DNA from: Chloroflexota bacterium
GTDB taxonomy: Bacteria; Chloroflexota; Dehalococcoidia; GIF9; UBA5629
DNA length: 64,000 nt
NCBI GenBank assembly: GCA_037443085.1
Contig: JBBIPA010000002.1
Location: 13,739-77,738 of the forward strand
Reading direction: 5' to 3'
Positions 1-9,883 of this stretch are shown piece by piece; position 1 is the first letter of the stretch; every line of letters begins with the position of its first letter. The notes beneath the pieces were generated by a model. It had not been told where the DNA came from. It did no database searches and saw only the letters and a list, made by a program, of their open reading frames with translations. Position numbers and translations under genes: made by a program.

Positions 1-596
1 AGCTTTGCCGCCAGTTGCTCCAGGAGCTCTCGCTGGTGCTCATCGAGAGATGTCGGCGTGAGCACCGTTACATGCACCAGCAGGTCACCCGTGTTTTTCT
101 TGCCAAAGCGGGGAATGCCTTTGCCTTTGAGGCGGAAAATTTTGCCGGTCTGGGTGCCCGGCGAGATTTTTAATCTGGCTTCTTCCTTCAACGTGGGCAC
201 CATCACTTCAGTACCTAGGGCAACCTGGGGAAAGTTCAGGGACAGCTCATAGATGATGTCAGCGCCGGCGCGGCGGAAAAGCTTATGTGCCTTCACTGAG
301 ACCAGGACGTCAAGCTCTCCGGGGATTTTACCTTTTTGCTGGGGTGATGCTTTAGGTTTGACATGGAGCTGATAGCCATCCTCGACGCCTGCGGGGATGT
401 CTACCGGAAGAGGGTAGGTCTGATAGAGCCGTCCGGTGCCCTGACACCCGGGGCATACTGCGGAGCTGGAGCTTTTACCAGAGCCATTGCATGAAGGACA
501 TTTCTCGCTGGTTTTGATATCAATGATCTTGTGGCAACCGAAGGCTGCCTCTTCCAGGGAAATGCTGACCGCATAGCGGGGGACATGCTCGGCCAT
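1..596 (-). CDS. DnaJ-like C-terminal fragment (partial, runs off window start). It lacks the J domain and G/F region, and the zinc finger has only two CxxCxGxG repeats.
   Basis: Minus-strand translation from ATG 596..594 reads MAEHVPRYAVSISLEEAAFGCHKIIDIKTSEKCPSCNGSGKSSSSAVCPGCQGTGRLYQTYPLPVDIPAGVEDGYQL...GDLLVHVTVLTPTSLDEHQRELLEQLAAK. This is a clear DnaJ CTD-I/ZnF/CTD-II pattern with the frame open to position 1. The ORF track omits it because no stop lies inside the window. Upstream 599-755 is AT-rich and non-coding, with no J domain. Confidence 0.5.
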   Translation of the reverse strand, partial: MAEHVPRYAVSISLEEAAFGCHKIIDIKTSEKCPSCNGSGKSSSSAVCPGCQGTGRLYQTYPLPVDIPAGVEDGYQLHVKPKASPQQKGKIPGELDVLVSVKAHKLFRRAGADIIYELSLNFPQVALGTEVMVPTLKEEARLKISPGTQTGKIFRLKGKGIPRFGKKNTGDLLVHVTVLTPTSLDEHQRELLEQLAAK

Positions 597-755
597 AGCT
601 TAATTATATAGCATCTGGATTGAGTAAGGTATAGTAATTACTCTTTCCACTTGTTCCAGGTACAACCCCACTCCGGTCTAACATTAATACTGGACTTATT
701 TTCGGGGAAGAGGTCACTAATTATCGGCAAGAATAGTGTGGTGTAAAATAATTCT

Positions 756-2072
756 TCATTTCCCCATGATCAGATTAGGGAGAAACAAAGCAATATTTGG
801 AAAGATTAAGATCAGCACTAAAGCTGTGGCTTGTAACGCAACAAACGGGAACACGGAGCTGTAAATATCTTTTATTGTAACTCCTGGAGGACTGATGCCT
901 TTCAGATAGAATAGATTCCATCCAAAAGGCGGAGTGATGTATCCCATCTCCAAGTTCATCACAAATAATATCCCAAACCATATAAGGTCGTAACCTAATG
1001 CGGTTACTACTGGAATATAGATGGGTAATGTAATTAGCGTAATGCCGCTGGGGTCTAAAATCATTCCCAGGAGAAAAATAGTGATCTGCATCCCTATAAT
1101 GATTAATATCGGTGCTAAATTTATATCGGTAATAGTTTTACGGATTAAGTCGGTTGCTCCGAGTCCATTGTAAATAGATGCAAATGCAGAAGCTGCTGCG
1201 ATAATCCACATTACCATAGCTGTGGGCTTGAGAGTCTCTATGGCAGCATCTCTTAGGTTGTGCCAGTTAAATTTGCGATAAATGACGGTACTAATGATAC
1301 TGGCGAGTGCTCCAAGGGCGGATGCTTCTGTGGGAGTAGCGATTCCAGTAAAAATAGTACCGAGAACAGCGGCGATAATGAATATTGGTAAGATGACAAA
1401 CCTTATTGAGTTTATTTTTGTGCTCCAGCTACCTCGATCAGCCAGTGGTAACGCTGGTCCCAGGTTCGGTTTAAGCAGACATCTAATTCCGATATAGGCT
1501 ATAAATAAACCTGAGGTCATCAAACCAGGCACTATTCCCCCAATGAACATGCGACCAATAGATACCTGTGCAATAACACAATAAATAACCATGGCAATGC
1601 TGGGGGGAATTAAGATTCCCAGTGCGCCTCCAGCGAGTATGCATCCGATGGCAATATCTTTGTTATATCCACGTCTAAGCATGGCCGGTAAAGCTACAGT
1701 TCCCATAGTTAAAGTGCCAGCGGCGCTGACGCCACTCATGGCAGCGAAGATGGTGCATATTACTACTGTTCCCATGGCTAGGCCTCCATTTACAGGGCCG
1801 AACCAGTGATGCATCGTAGTATAAAGAGCATTGGCTATACCGGAGCGTTCCAGGAATTGGGCCATGAGGATAAATAAGGGAATGCACAGGAGCAGGAAGT
1901 TGTTCATATAGTTGAAAACGGAACTCGAGATGACCATTAATGATGTTGGTCCCCAGAGCGTAAATGCAAAAATAACTGCACCACAGCCAAGACAAAAAAC
2001 AATGGGAAGTCCTGTTGCTAAAAGTGCGAACAGGAGCAAGAACATTAAGATAGTAATGAGTTCAACGCTCAA
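756..2072 (-). CDS. dctM: TRAP transporter large permease subunit (DctM family)
   Basis: 438 aa polytopic membrane protein with a typical DctM sequence pattern, overlapping the dctQ stop. Confidence 0.9.
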   Translation of the reverse strand: MSVELITILMFLLLFALLATGLPIVFCLGCGAVIFAFTLWGPTSLMVISSSVFNYMNNFLLLCIPLFILMAQFLERSGIANALYTTMHHWFGPVNGGLAMGTVVICTIFAAMSGVSAAGTLTMGTVALPAMLRRGYNKDIAIGCILAGGALGILIPPSIAMVIYCVIAQVSIGRMFIGGIVPGLMTSGLFIAYIGIRCLLKPNLGPALPLADRGSWSTKINSIRFVILPIFIIAAVLGTIFTGIATPTEASALGALASIISTVIYRKFNWHNLRDAAIETLKPTAMVMWIIAAASAFASIYNGLGATDLIRKTITDINLAPILIIIGMQITIFLLGMILDPSGITLITLPIYIPVVTALGYDLIWFGILFVMNLEMGYITPPFGWNLFYLKGISPPGVTIKDIYSSVFPFVALQATALVLILIFPNIALFLPNLIMGK

Positions 2073-2568
2073 TTTTGGTTACCCCGGTAATAACAAAAAG
2101 ATTTCTTATAAAATCTGCAATAATCTGTAATATAAGCAAAGATGTGCCTATAGGAATCATCAATTTCACAGGATATACCGGTACATGCCATATCGTATCT
2201 GACATTTCCAGCCACTTAATCGAGCTTGAAGCCATACCTATCGATTTCCAGAGCAGGGCACTACAAAAAATTAGAGCAAATATTGTTGTACTTACATCTA
2301 TCAAGGCTTTTCTTTTTACTGACAGACGGCCGTAAAAGAGATCCATATTTACCATTGCTTTGTTCTTCAGGATATAGCCACCAGCTAGAACCCACATTGT
2401 TCCGAAAACATACAAGCTCAATTCATGAACCCATATTGTCGGACTGTTAAAAACACGTCGCATGATAACTTCATAAACGATTATGAGCATGATGACGATT
2501 ACAAACAGACTAATGATTCTGCCTAGCCATTCATTAATGTAGTTTATCGAATTTATTATTTTAGACAT
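2062..2568 (-). CDS. dctQ: TRAP transporter small permease subunit (DctQ family)
   Basis: 168 aa, 4-TM protein immediately upstream of and overlapping dctM. Confidence 0.8.
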   Translation of the reverse strand: MSKIINSINYINEWLGRIISLFVIVIMLIIVYEVIMRRVFNSPTIWVHELSLYVFGTMWVLAGGYILKNKAMVNMDLFYGRLSVKRKALIDVSTTIFALIFCSALLWKSIGMASSSIKWLEMSDTIWHVPVYPVKLMIPIGTSLLILQIIADFIRNLFVITGVTKIER

Positions 2569-2668
2569 TTGAATCAGTCTAAATTTGGAATAAAAATACT
2601 TGACTAAATATGTTAAGGGTGACTGGGGGAATATTTTCCCCCAGTCGAAACGAAGGGAAGGTGTCGGA

Positions 2669-3754
2669 CTATTTAATTCTACCTAGTTCTCTGAAGTAAT
2701 TTTTCACTATAGTTACCCCTTCTTTACAGTACTTGTCTCTTGCTTCCAATTCATTCCACACGTCGATTGCGATATTCTGCATATTTTGTAGCTCAGCTTC
2801 TGAGAATTGAACGAATTCGACACCTGCTGCTCTAAATTCAGCGGTTGCTTTTCTATTATATGATGCAGTGCCAATTAGAGTGCACCATACTGAATAGTAG
2901 CGGCATACATAGTCCAAAGTTATTTTAAGATCGTCCGATAAAGCATCCCAGGTTTTAAGGTTTACCAATAGGTCAATAGGATCGGCCCTTGTGATCGAGG
3001 GATTCATTAAGAGATACTTGCAGATTTCTTGATGCTTTAACGCATAGTGCTGCTCATATCCCAATATAGCACCATCAATGGTTCCAAGTTTTAGTGCCAT
3101 ATAGATTTCGCCCATCGGAAGATTCACAGCGCTGGCGCCAAGTTTCGTCATAAAATGGCCTAGCGTTCCAGTAGCTCTTATTTTCTTTCCTTTCAGATCG
3201 CTGACTGACCTAATAGGTTCTTTTGTCATTAGGCAGGCACCGGTACCTAATTCAAATCCCAGTAAATAAGCCCCCTGTTCTGCATATGCTTTTCGTAGCA
3301 CATCCTGCAGTCCTTTGTCCCACATTAATGTCCATGTATCCTGAAATGATTGGGACGCAAGTGGCATCCAATACTCTACGGAGCCGACTGGCATTTTGGG
3401 CGCCCAGAAGGTACCAACAGTTTGAGCCATTTGGACTGCTCCCTCGGCAACTGCAGCGGGAAGTTCAGCATTGGGCACTAATGAATCCATAGGATACGTT
3501 TCTATTTTTATTTGTCCTTTTGTAGCGTAATTCACCTGATCTTTAAAAAAGGAAAGGTAGATTTTATACCTATCATCACCGGAAGGAGCAAATGTAGCAA
3601 GTTTCCAGACCATTTGCTTTGCAGGTGCAGTTGCAGGGGATGTTGGTGTCATCCCCAAGCTTGGGTTGGGTTTTTCAGGACTACATCCGTATGATATGGA
3701 TAAAAGAATGGAAATTAAGATGACGCATGTAACAGCTAAAAATACTTTTTTCAT
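2669..3754 (-). CDS. dctP: TRAP transporter periplasmic substrate-binding protein (DctP family), lipoprotein
   Basis: N-terminal MKKVFLAVTCVILISILLSISYGC lipobox and a DctP-like body, preceded by an AAGGAGG RBS. Confidence 0.85.
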   Translation of the reverse strand: MKKVFLAVTCVILISILLSISYGCSPEKPNPSLGMTPTSPATAPAKQMVWKLATFAPSGDDRYKIYLSFFKDQVNYATKGQIKIETYPMDSLVPNAELPAAVAEGAVQMAQTVGTFWAPKMPVGSVEYWMPLASQSFQDTWTLMWDKGLQDVLRKAYAEQGAYLLGFELGTGACLMTKEPIRSVSDLKGKKIRATGTLGHFMTKLGASAVNLPMGEIYMALKLGTIDGAILGYEQHYALKHQEICKYLLMNPSITRADPIDLLVNLKTWDALSDDLKITLDYVCRYYSVWCTLIGTASYNRKATAEFRAAGVEFVQFSEAELQNMQNIAIDVWNELEARDKYCKEGVTIVKNYFRELGRIK

Positions 3755-3840
3755 TTTAATAAACCTCCTTTTTCAATTATGAGAGCTTATTTAAAAGATG
3801 TTTACATTTTTTATTCGTTACCTCCATTTCATGATTGATA

Positions 3841-4821
3841 CTATTTATGTACTGTGTACTGCACTCCATATCTTTCAGGATATTTCTTCAAATCTTTTTC
3901 AAATATTTCGATTATTTTGTCGGGAGTATCATACTGTGGTTTCCAGCCCCATTCTTCTCTGGCATAGCTATCATCAAATACTTTAATAATATTATGAGCG
4001 CGGGCTACGGGGAGAGATAAATCATCTTTATACGTAACCCTAGTTTCGGGGAAACGTTTCTGAAGAAATGTTTCAATATCTTTAGCATAAACAACATCTG
4101 GAACCCCTGTAACATTGTAATTAATCATTTTTATATTCTCTTTTGGCGCTTGCAATATCATATCTGCAGCACTAGCGGCATCTCTTACATATGTCATAGA
4201 AATTGTCGACTCTGCAGTAGCATAGATACAATTGTGTGGTTTGCCCAGTATGGCATCTTCAATCATCAACGGTGCCCAGTGACCTGGTGTACGAACGCCT
4301 GGCCCAATTATCGGAGTATAACGAACCGACCGGAAGTCTAGGCCAAACTTGTTACGGTAGAATCGCCCTATGCACTCACCGTATAGTTTGCAACAACCAT
4401 ACATACTAATGGGACGCTGAATGCTAAGATCTGTACATGCCTGGTCCACATGCAAACCAAAAGTCCCAATACTACTGGCGAACATCACCTTTTCTACAGA
4501 GAAAAGTCTAGCAGCTTCTAATACGTTGTAAGTTCCGATGACATTCGTTCGGAAAGAAACCCATGGATTACTATCAGATATAAAAGTAAGTACGGAGCCC
4601 ATATGATAGATTTCTTTAATATCATAATCCTTTATAGCATTAATTACTTCAGAAAAGTCACAAAGGTCTCCTCTGACAACTTTAACTTTGTTCTTAATGT
4701 CATTTATTCGGTAATGGTTGATAACAACATCGAATAGAACCACCTCTTCACTACGATCAACAAGTATGTGTGCAAGTTCCGCACCTATATATCCCGTTCC
4801 ACCCGTAATGAGTTTCGCCAC
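3841..4821 (-). CDS. NAD-dependent epimerase/dehydratase (SDR family, GalE-like)
   Basis: N-terminal GGTGYIGAEL Rossmann motif, 326 aa, 86 nt upstream of dctP on the same strand. Confidence 0.8.
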   Translation of the reverse strand: MAKLITGGTGYIGAELAHILVDRSEEVVLFDVVINHYRINDIKNKVKVVRGDLCDFSEVINAIKDYDIKEIYHMGSVLTFISDSNPWVSFRTNVIGTYNVLEAARLFSVEKVMFASSIGTFGLHVDQACTDLSIQRPISMYGCCKLYGECIGRFYRNKFGLDFRSVRYTPIIGPGVRTPGHWAPLMIEDAILGKPHNCIYATAESTISMTYVRDAASAADMILQAPKENIKMINYNVTGVPDVVYAKDIETFLQKRFPETRVTYKDDLSLPVARAHNIIKVFDDSYAREEWGWKPQYDTPDKIIEIFEKDLKKYPERYGVQYTVHK

Positions 4822-5075
4822 TGTATTTTTCTCCGTCTGCTATCTGTAAAATATCTTCTCTACAGGTCTTACACCACCTGTATCAAAACGAAAATCTCTA
4901 GTGTCAAAAATAAGACTGCTTGATTTAAATAGAGCCGGGTAGGGTGTATTAATCTTAAAAGTTGACTTTTGGAAATACAAGATGCTTTTGCCCATGTACT
5001 AATGGCCATTGTCTGTATATATGGGACATGCTATCATTACCTGCAAATATAACCTGTAATCATGTCTCTTTATAG

Positions 5076-5777
5076 GTGAATGCCGTGGAAACATGTGAAC
5101 CAATTGGTCGCCATCAAGATAAAACCACTATTATGCTGGCGGATGACCATCCACTCATACGTAGAGCAGTTAGGGATGTTCTGGAGGAAGTTGAGGATTT
5201 TAAAATTGTTGCAGAAGCCAGCGATGGTGAGGAAGCCGTGAAACTTGCCATGGAGCTTAATCCAGATGTGGTCCTTATGGACATAAGCATGCCTGGCCTA
5301 AATGGTTTGGAAGCAACTAGGGAAATTTTGTCAAAGTCTCCCCAGATTAAAGTATTGGTGTTGACGGTTCATACAGAAACCGAGCATATTCTAGGAATAT
5401 TGGAGGCTGGCGCTGCTGGCTACCTGACAAAAAAGGTATTTGGTCCAGAGATTATTCATGCAATCAGGGCACTGGTTTCCGGTGAATCCGTTCTTTCTGA
5501 AGAAGTCCAGAGGAAGGTTATTCGTCATGCGATTAAGTACATGCCGAAAGTTACCGCCTTGGGTCAACGAGAAAAACTCACGGTAAGAGAAAAGGAAATA
5601 CTACAGTGCATTGCTCTTGGCATGAGCAACAAAGATATTGCTAATAAATTAAACCTCAGCCAGCGAACTATAAAGAATTATCTTGCTGAAATTTTTTCCA
5701 AGCTTAGGGTGAATTCGAGGACCGAAGCTGTTATCTGTGCTGCGCGAAGTGGTTTTATTAGCATTGACCCTCAGTAA
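5076..5777 (+). CDS. Two-component response regulator, NarL/FixJ (LuxR) family. The true start is probably the internal MLADDH at 5133.
   Basis: REC domain (LADDHPLIRRAVRDVLE...DVVLMDISMPGLNG) plus a C-terminal LuxR HTH (REKEILQCIALGMSNKDIANKLNLSQRTIKNY). Confidence 0.85.
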   Translation: MNAVETCEPIGRHQDKTTIMLADDHPLIRRAVRDVLEEVEDFKIVAEASDGEEAVKLAMELNPDVVLMDISMPGLNGLEATREILSKSPQIKVLVLTVHTETEHILGILEAGAAGYLTKKVFGPEIIHAIRALVSGESVLSEEVQRKVIRHAIKYMPKVTALGQREKLTVREKEILQCIALGMSNKDIANKLNLSQRTIKNYLAEIFSKLRVNSRTEAVICAARSGFISIDPQ

Positions 5778-6873
5778 AATAAATCACTGCAATTTGGCTA
5801 ACCATATGGAAAATCAACACAAAAACAATTTAATAATATGTAACGTTCATTTCTGGATTATCGTTCTTATGATAATGGGCATTACTCTGCTGTATTACGG
5901 ACGAAATCTTAATGTTGCTGACGGTTTCCCTTGGTTTGACGCAATAAGGATTTTGGAAATTGCCTATAGTGTTCACGGCAGTTTATTTACAATCCCGTTT
6001 ATTTATGCGGCTTTTGTTTTTGGCTGGCGGGAGGCTATTATAGTCTGGTCGATCTCCTTGTCGATTATATCGTTTAAGATCTTCAATCTTTCCTTTGGCC
6101 CTGCCCCATTAGTGCGCAATATTTTATCTTCGCTGATTCCTTTGTCTGTGGTTATTTTTTTAACTCTCGAACAAAATAGGAGAAAAAAAGAAAGAGAGAG
6201 CTTAAAAAAACGCGAGGATGAAAGAAGGTTGTATTTAGGTCAGGTGATTAAAGCACAGGAGGATGAGCGACATCGTATTGCACAGGAACTGCACGATGAC
6301 TTCTTACAGTCATTAATAGTCATTGCTAACCGTGCTCATAAACTAATGCTTAATAATGGCAGAGGTTCTGCCACGCATGCGGAGCAGGTTTGTTATATAA
6401 GGGATGAGGCCCTTCGGCTTTCCGAAGATTTACGGAGGTTAAGTCGTGATTTAAGACCTAGTATTTTGGATAATCGAGGATTAGTATCGGCTCTGAGAGA
6501 ACTGGCAGCTCGTTTTAATCAGGAATATGGAATCCATACAAATGTTATTACTGATTCATTATCTTCGAAGATCAATCCAGAAGCTGAGGTTATGTTATTT
6601 CGCATAATTCAAGAAGCCTTAAACAATGTTAGACGCCACGCAGAAGCCACTGAAGTTACAATTAGCGTGAAATGTCTTTCAAAACACCTAAAACTGATTG
6701 TGAAGGATAATGGTAAGGGCTTCGATATACCAAAACCAATTAGTCGTTTCACGATCGAAGGTAAGCTAGGGATCGCTGGAATGCGTGAAAGAGCCAAATA
6801 TCTGGGGGGTAATATTTCTATTACCTCTCAAAAAGGCAAGTATACCATACTAGAAGTTACTTGCCCGAAGTAA
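5737..6873 (+). CDS. Sensor histidine kinase (membrane domain, HisKA_3, HATPase_c)
   Basis: N-terminal TM helices, an H-box HRIAQELHDDFLQSL, and the C-terminal ATPase motifs NNVRRHAEA, DNGKGF and GIAGMRERAKYLGG. Confidence 0.8.
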   Translation: MLREVVLLALTLSKINHCNLANHMENQHKNNLIICNVHFWIIVLMIMGITLLYYGRNLNVADGFPWFDAIRILEIAYSVHGSLFTIPFIYAAFVFGWREAIIVWSISLSIISFKIFNLSFGPAPLVRNILSSLIPLSVVIFLTLEQNRRKKERESLKKREDERRLYLGQVIKAQEDERHRIAQELHDDFLQSLIVIANRAHKLMLNNGRGSATHAEQVCYIRDEALRLSEDLRRLSRDLRPSILDNRGLVSALRELAARFNQEYGIHTNVITDSLSSKINPEAEVMLFRIIQEALNNVRRHAEATEVTISVKCLSKHLKLIVKDNGKGFDIPKPISRFTIEGKLGIAGMRERAKYLGGNISITSQKGKYTILEVTCPK

Positions 6874-6933
6874 TAAGGTCAGAGTAATCTTTAAAACCCA
6901 TTTGTGATAATTCGTACGCGTAGCTTCAAGTGC

Positions 6934-6954
6934 GCTCAATATTGAAGATTGAGC
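6934..6954. terminator. Hairpin GCTCAAT-ATTGAAG-ATTGAGC between the convergent kinase and hydrogenase protease genes; a possible bidirectional terminator.
   Basis: 7 bp perfect stem with a 7 nt loop in the 90 nt convergent intergenic region. There is no strong U tract. Confidence 0.3.
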
Positions 6955-6964
6955 ATTGCTGGAA

Positions 6965-7435
6965 CTATGGGCGGGGCTTTTTGTCCACTTCCTGCAAGAC
7001 CATCTCCACGCATTTGGGGATGGCCTTTTTGACCTTGGTGGTGCAGTGTTCGCTGAAGGTGGTGACGTCGGCTACCTCGATGGCGAATATGACGATTTCT
7101 GCGGGCAATGATAGCCCCAGTTTGCGGCCAAGCGCAAGGGCGGAGGCGAAGTTGACGTTGTGGGTGGAGGCGGTGTGGCGGGTGACAGCCAGGTCATTGG
7201 AGTTGAGTCGGTAGACCTGCCCCGTTTTTCCCTTCCTGGTCTGGATAGCGTCGATGACGATGGCTTTGTGGTAACCAGCGAGCAAGTCCAGCAGACCCAG
7301 ACCTGCCAGGCTTGCCTCAGTCACCGTGATGTCTTTATGGTCGGCGAGGATTTTTTTAAGCTCTCTGGCAACGTAGATGCCCACACCGTCATCGCAGAGT
7401 ATCTCGTTGCCCAGCCCCAGAACCAGGGTTTTCAT
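6965..7435 (-). CDS. Hydrogenase maturation protease (HyaD/HycI/FrhD family)
   Basis: MKTLVLGLGNEILCDDGVGIYVAREL is typical of this family. The start is trimmed from the ORF-track 7579 to ATG 7435 because the longer ORF would run into mvhA, which ends at 7446. Confidence 0.8.
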   Translation of the reverse strand: MKTLVLGLGNEILCDDGVGIYVARELKKILADHKDITVTEASLAGLGLLDLLAGYHKAIVIDAIQTRKGKTGQVYRLNSNDLAVTRHTASTHNVNFASALALGRKLGLSLPAEIVIFAIEVADVTTFSEHCTTKVKKAIPKCVEMVLQEVDKKPRP

Positions 7436-7445
7436 GCGTAGCTTA

Positions 7446-8915
7446 TTATAAGTTCTGGGTGAGCCTTTTGACCACTTCGCCCTTGCTGTCGCGGATGATG
7501 ACCTCCATTGGAGCCTGTCCCGGCAGGGTATGCGTGGCGCAGCCGAAGCAGGGGTCATAGGGGCGCCAGGCCATCTCAATGCGGTTGAGCAGCCCTTCGG
7601 TGATTTCCTTGCCCGGCTTAATCATTTCCATGGCAGCTTTTTTGATGGACATATTAATAGGCGCTGCATTGTTGACCGTAGCCACGATAAGGTTGGCTTT
7701 CTTGATGACGCCGCGCTCGTCGGTTATGTAGTGGTGGGTGAGCGTGCCGCGAGGAGCTTCCACGATGCCTATGCCCTCGTCAGGTTTGGCTGTCGGGATG
7801 GTGCGAATGTCAGGGCTGGTTATTTCGGGGTCCTGGCTGAGCTCCAATAGTCTTTCGGCAGCATAGAGCAGCTCAACAAGGCGTGCCCAGTGAGTGGCTA
7901 GAGTCTGGTGGACAGGCTTGCCGCCCAGCGTAGAGTAGAACTTTTCATAGGCTTCCTGTGCCAGAGGCGTGGCCATACCGTCAGCGGCGTTCAGCCGGGA
8001 AAGAGGCGTGGACCGGAACAGGCCGCTGTCCTTGCCATCAACGAAGCCTTTCCAGCCGATCTTCTTGAGATAGGGGAATTTGATATAGGTCCAGGGCTCA
8101 ACATGCTCGGCAACATGCTCCAGGTATTCACGCGGCGAGTATTTGACGAACTCCTTGCCGTCAGGGTCAACCACTCTCACCTTGCCATCGTAGAAGTTGA
8201 CCTTGTTCTTATCATCAACCATGCCCATATAGTAGGTGCGATGGGTGTAGGCATCGCTGAGAATCATGTCCACATAGGCTTTGTTCTTGAGCACGATGTC
8301 GTCAAAGACTTTCAGGGAGAGCTTGGCGAACTCCACCGCGTCTTTTGCAGTCTGTTCCACCTCTTTTCTCTCTTCTTCGTTCAGCCCCTTGCTGATGCCG
8401 CCGGGCAGGCCGAAGACGGGGTGCACTGCTCTGCCGCCGAGCATCTGGATGATGCGGTGATTTTTCATCCGGGTGTTGATGACCGCTTTGCCCAGCTCCA
8501 GCCCCACCTTGGCGATCACGCCCAGTATATTGCGCTCGGCCACAGGGGCATCGGGACCCATGACAAAGTCGGGACCGCCGAGGATATAGAAGTGGGTGGT
8601 GTGGTCGGTCACATAGAAAGCGCTGTAGAACAGCTCGCGGAGCTTCCTGGCGGCGCTGGGTGGTTCGGCATGGAACAAGTCATCCAGCGCCTTGGTAGCA
8701 GCCATGTGGTGGGCTTCAGGGCACACGCCGCAGATGCGCTGGGTGATTTGAGGCATATCCTCAGCCAGACGCCCTTCGGCAAACTTCTCAAACCCGCGTA
8801 GCTCCGGTATCTGGAGGTAGGCATTATCCACCCCTCCAGCGTCGTTGAGGAAAATTTCTATCTTACCGTGACCCTCGAGACGGGTAATCGGGTCTATGGT
8901 TACTCTTTTTGTCAT
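7446..8915 (-). CDS. mvhA: [NiFe] hydrogenase large subunit, MvhA/VhuA type (group 3c). The C-terminal Ni ligands are cysteines, not selenocysteine.
   Basis: N-terminal RICGVCPEAHHMAA (RxCGxC) and C-terminal DPCFGCATH motifs, 489 aa. Confidence 0.9.
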   Translation of the reverse strand: MTKRVTIDPITRLEGHGKIEIFLNDAGGVDNAYLQIPELRGFEKFAEGRLAEDMPQITQRICGVCPEAHHMAATKALDDLFHAEPPSAARKLRELFYSAFYVTDHTTHFYILGGPDFVMGPDAPVAERNILGVIAKVGLELGKAVINTRMKNHRIIQMLGGRAVHPVFGLPGGISKGLNEEERKEVEQTAKDAVEFAKLSLKVFDDIVLKNKAYVDMILSDAYTHRTYYMGMVDDKNKVNFYDGKVRVVDPDGKEFVKYSPREYLEHVAEHVEPWTYIKFPYLKKIGWKGFVDGKDSGLFRSTPLSRLNAADGMATPLAQEAYEKFYSTLGGKPVHQTLATHWARLVELLYAAERLLELSQDPEITSPDIRTIPTAKPDEGIGIVEAPRGTLTHHYITDERGVIKKANLIVATVNNAAPINMSIKKAAMEMIKPGKEITEGLLNRIEMAWRPYDPCFGCATHTLPGQAPMEVIIRDSKGEVVKRLTQNL

Positions 8916-9883
8916 TTTATCCTCGCCCTCCTTAGTAACGAGTCAGGCAAACTGTAGCGGTAGAAGGTACCTACCGGGTCGGGGATATCGTCGACGATTT
9001 TTTGAATTTCATTTTTGTCGCTAGAATCGATGACCGAAGCTACGGCGCTGAGGAAATGGGCGCCCTGGTCAGTGACACCCTGTGCTGGTCCGTAGCAGCC
9101 GGTGCAGGGCATATTTGCCTGCGGGCAGGGTGCTCCACAGCCGCCCCGGGTAGCCAGCCCGGCACATAGCAATCCCTGCTCCAGGAGGCATATCTGCGGG
9201 TCGGTGGTAATTTCATATGTTCGGTAGAACTTCTTGACCTTTTTCACATCACGCTTTCGCTGGCAGTCATCGCAGACTGCCTTGGCATTGTGACTTATCA
9301 CCGCGCCCACCGGTGGTAACTTGCCCTCGATAAGCGCTTCCAGCGCCATCCAGGTGGTCTTTTCTTCCGGCGGGCAGCCGGGGATGATGTATTCCACAGG
9401 TACTGTTTGAGGTAGGCTTTTCACTGTGTCATAAAGCTCGGGAATAGTAAGCTCGCCCTCAGTCACCTGGTGCTTCGTCTGGGGAGTGACCTTATTGGGG
9501 TTATCGGTAGACTGCGTTTCCAGATACACCCGCTCGAAAATCGACTGCTTATCGAACAGGTTTGCCAGACCGGGAATACCGCCTACATAGGCGCAGGCGC
9601 CGTAGGCAATGAGCACTTTCGACTTTTCCCGGAGCAGTTTGGCCAAGTGCTCCTGCTCGGAAGTCCTGATGCCGCCGTTGAACAAGCAGACATCGATGCT
9701 CTTATCGGGCATAGCCTCGACGTCCTTGTACTTGACATCGATTGCTACAGGCCAGAACACGATATCGGCGACTTCAGCCAGCTTGAGCAGTTTCTCGCCG
9801 ATCTGGAGCTGTGCAATTTCACAACCGCCGCAGCTAGCCGCCCAGTAGAGAGCCAGTTTCAGCTTAGCCATGAGCACCTCCAT
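8912..9883 (-). CDS. mvhG: [NiFe] hydrogenase small subunit, MvhG type
   Basis: N-terminal LALYWAASCGGCEIA proximal-cluster motif and multiple Cys clusters. It overlaps the mvhA start. Confidence 0.85.
   Translation of the reverse strand: MEVLMAKLKLALYWAASCGGCEIAQLQIGEKLLKLAEVADIVFWPVAIDVKYKDVEAMPDKSIDVCLFNGGIRTSEQEHLAKLLREKSKVLIAYGACAYVGGIPGLANLFDKQSIFERVYLETQSTDNPNKVTPQTKHQVTEGELTIPELYDTVKSLPQTVPVEYIIPGCPPEEKTTWMALEALIEGKLPPVGAVISHNAKAVCDDCQRKRDVKKVKKFYRTYEITTDPQICLLEQGLLCAGLATRGGCGAPCPQANMPCTGCYGPAQGVTDQGAHFLSAVASVIDSSDKNEIQKIVDDIPDPVGTFYRYSLPDSLLRRARIK

Noticed and set aside
58-252. 64 aa plus-strand ORF and 61 aa minus-strand ORF (401..586) at the window start
   Set aside because: Both overlap the DnaJ-like C-terminal coding frame, in another frame or on the opposite strand, and have no homology signal.
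7908-8801. 297 aa plus-strand ORF inside mvhA, and similar long plus-strand ORFs at 10476..10916, 10673..11158 and 9470..9919 inside hdrA/mvhG
   Set aside because: They lie antisense to genes with strong, motif-rich homology (NiFe large subunit, HdrA). Their translations are low-complexity (Ala/Gly/Arg-rich), as expected for the antisense of GC-rich coding DNA.
7446-8915. Possible selenocysteine in the NiFe large subunit (as in Vhu/VhuU of Methanococcus)
   Set aside because: The C-terminal Ni-ligand motif reads DPCFGCATH with ordinary Cys codons, and no in-frame TGA is present. Only hdrA and mvhD carry Sec codons.
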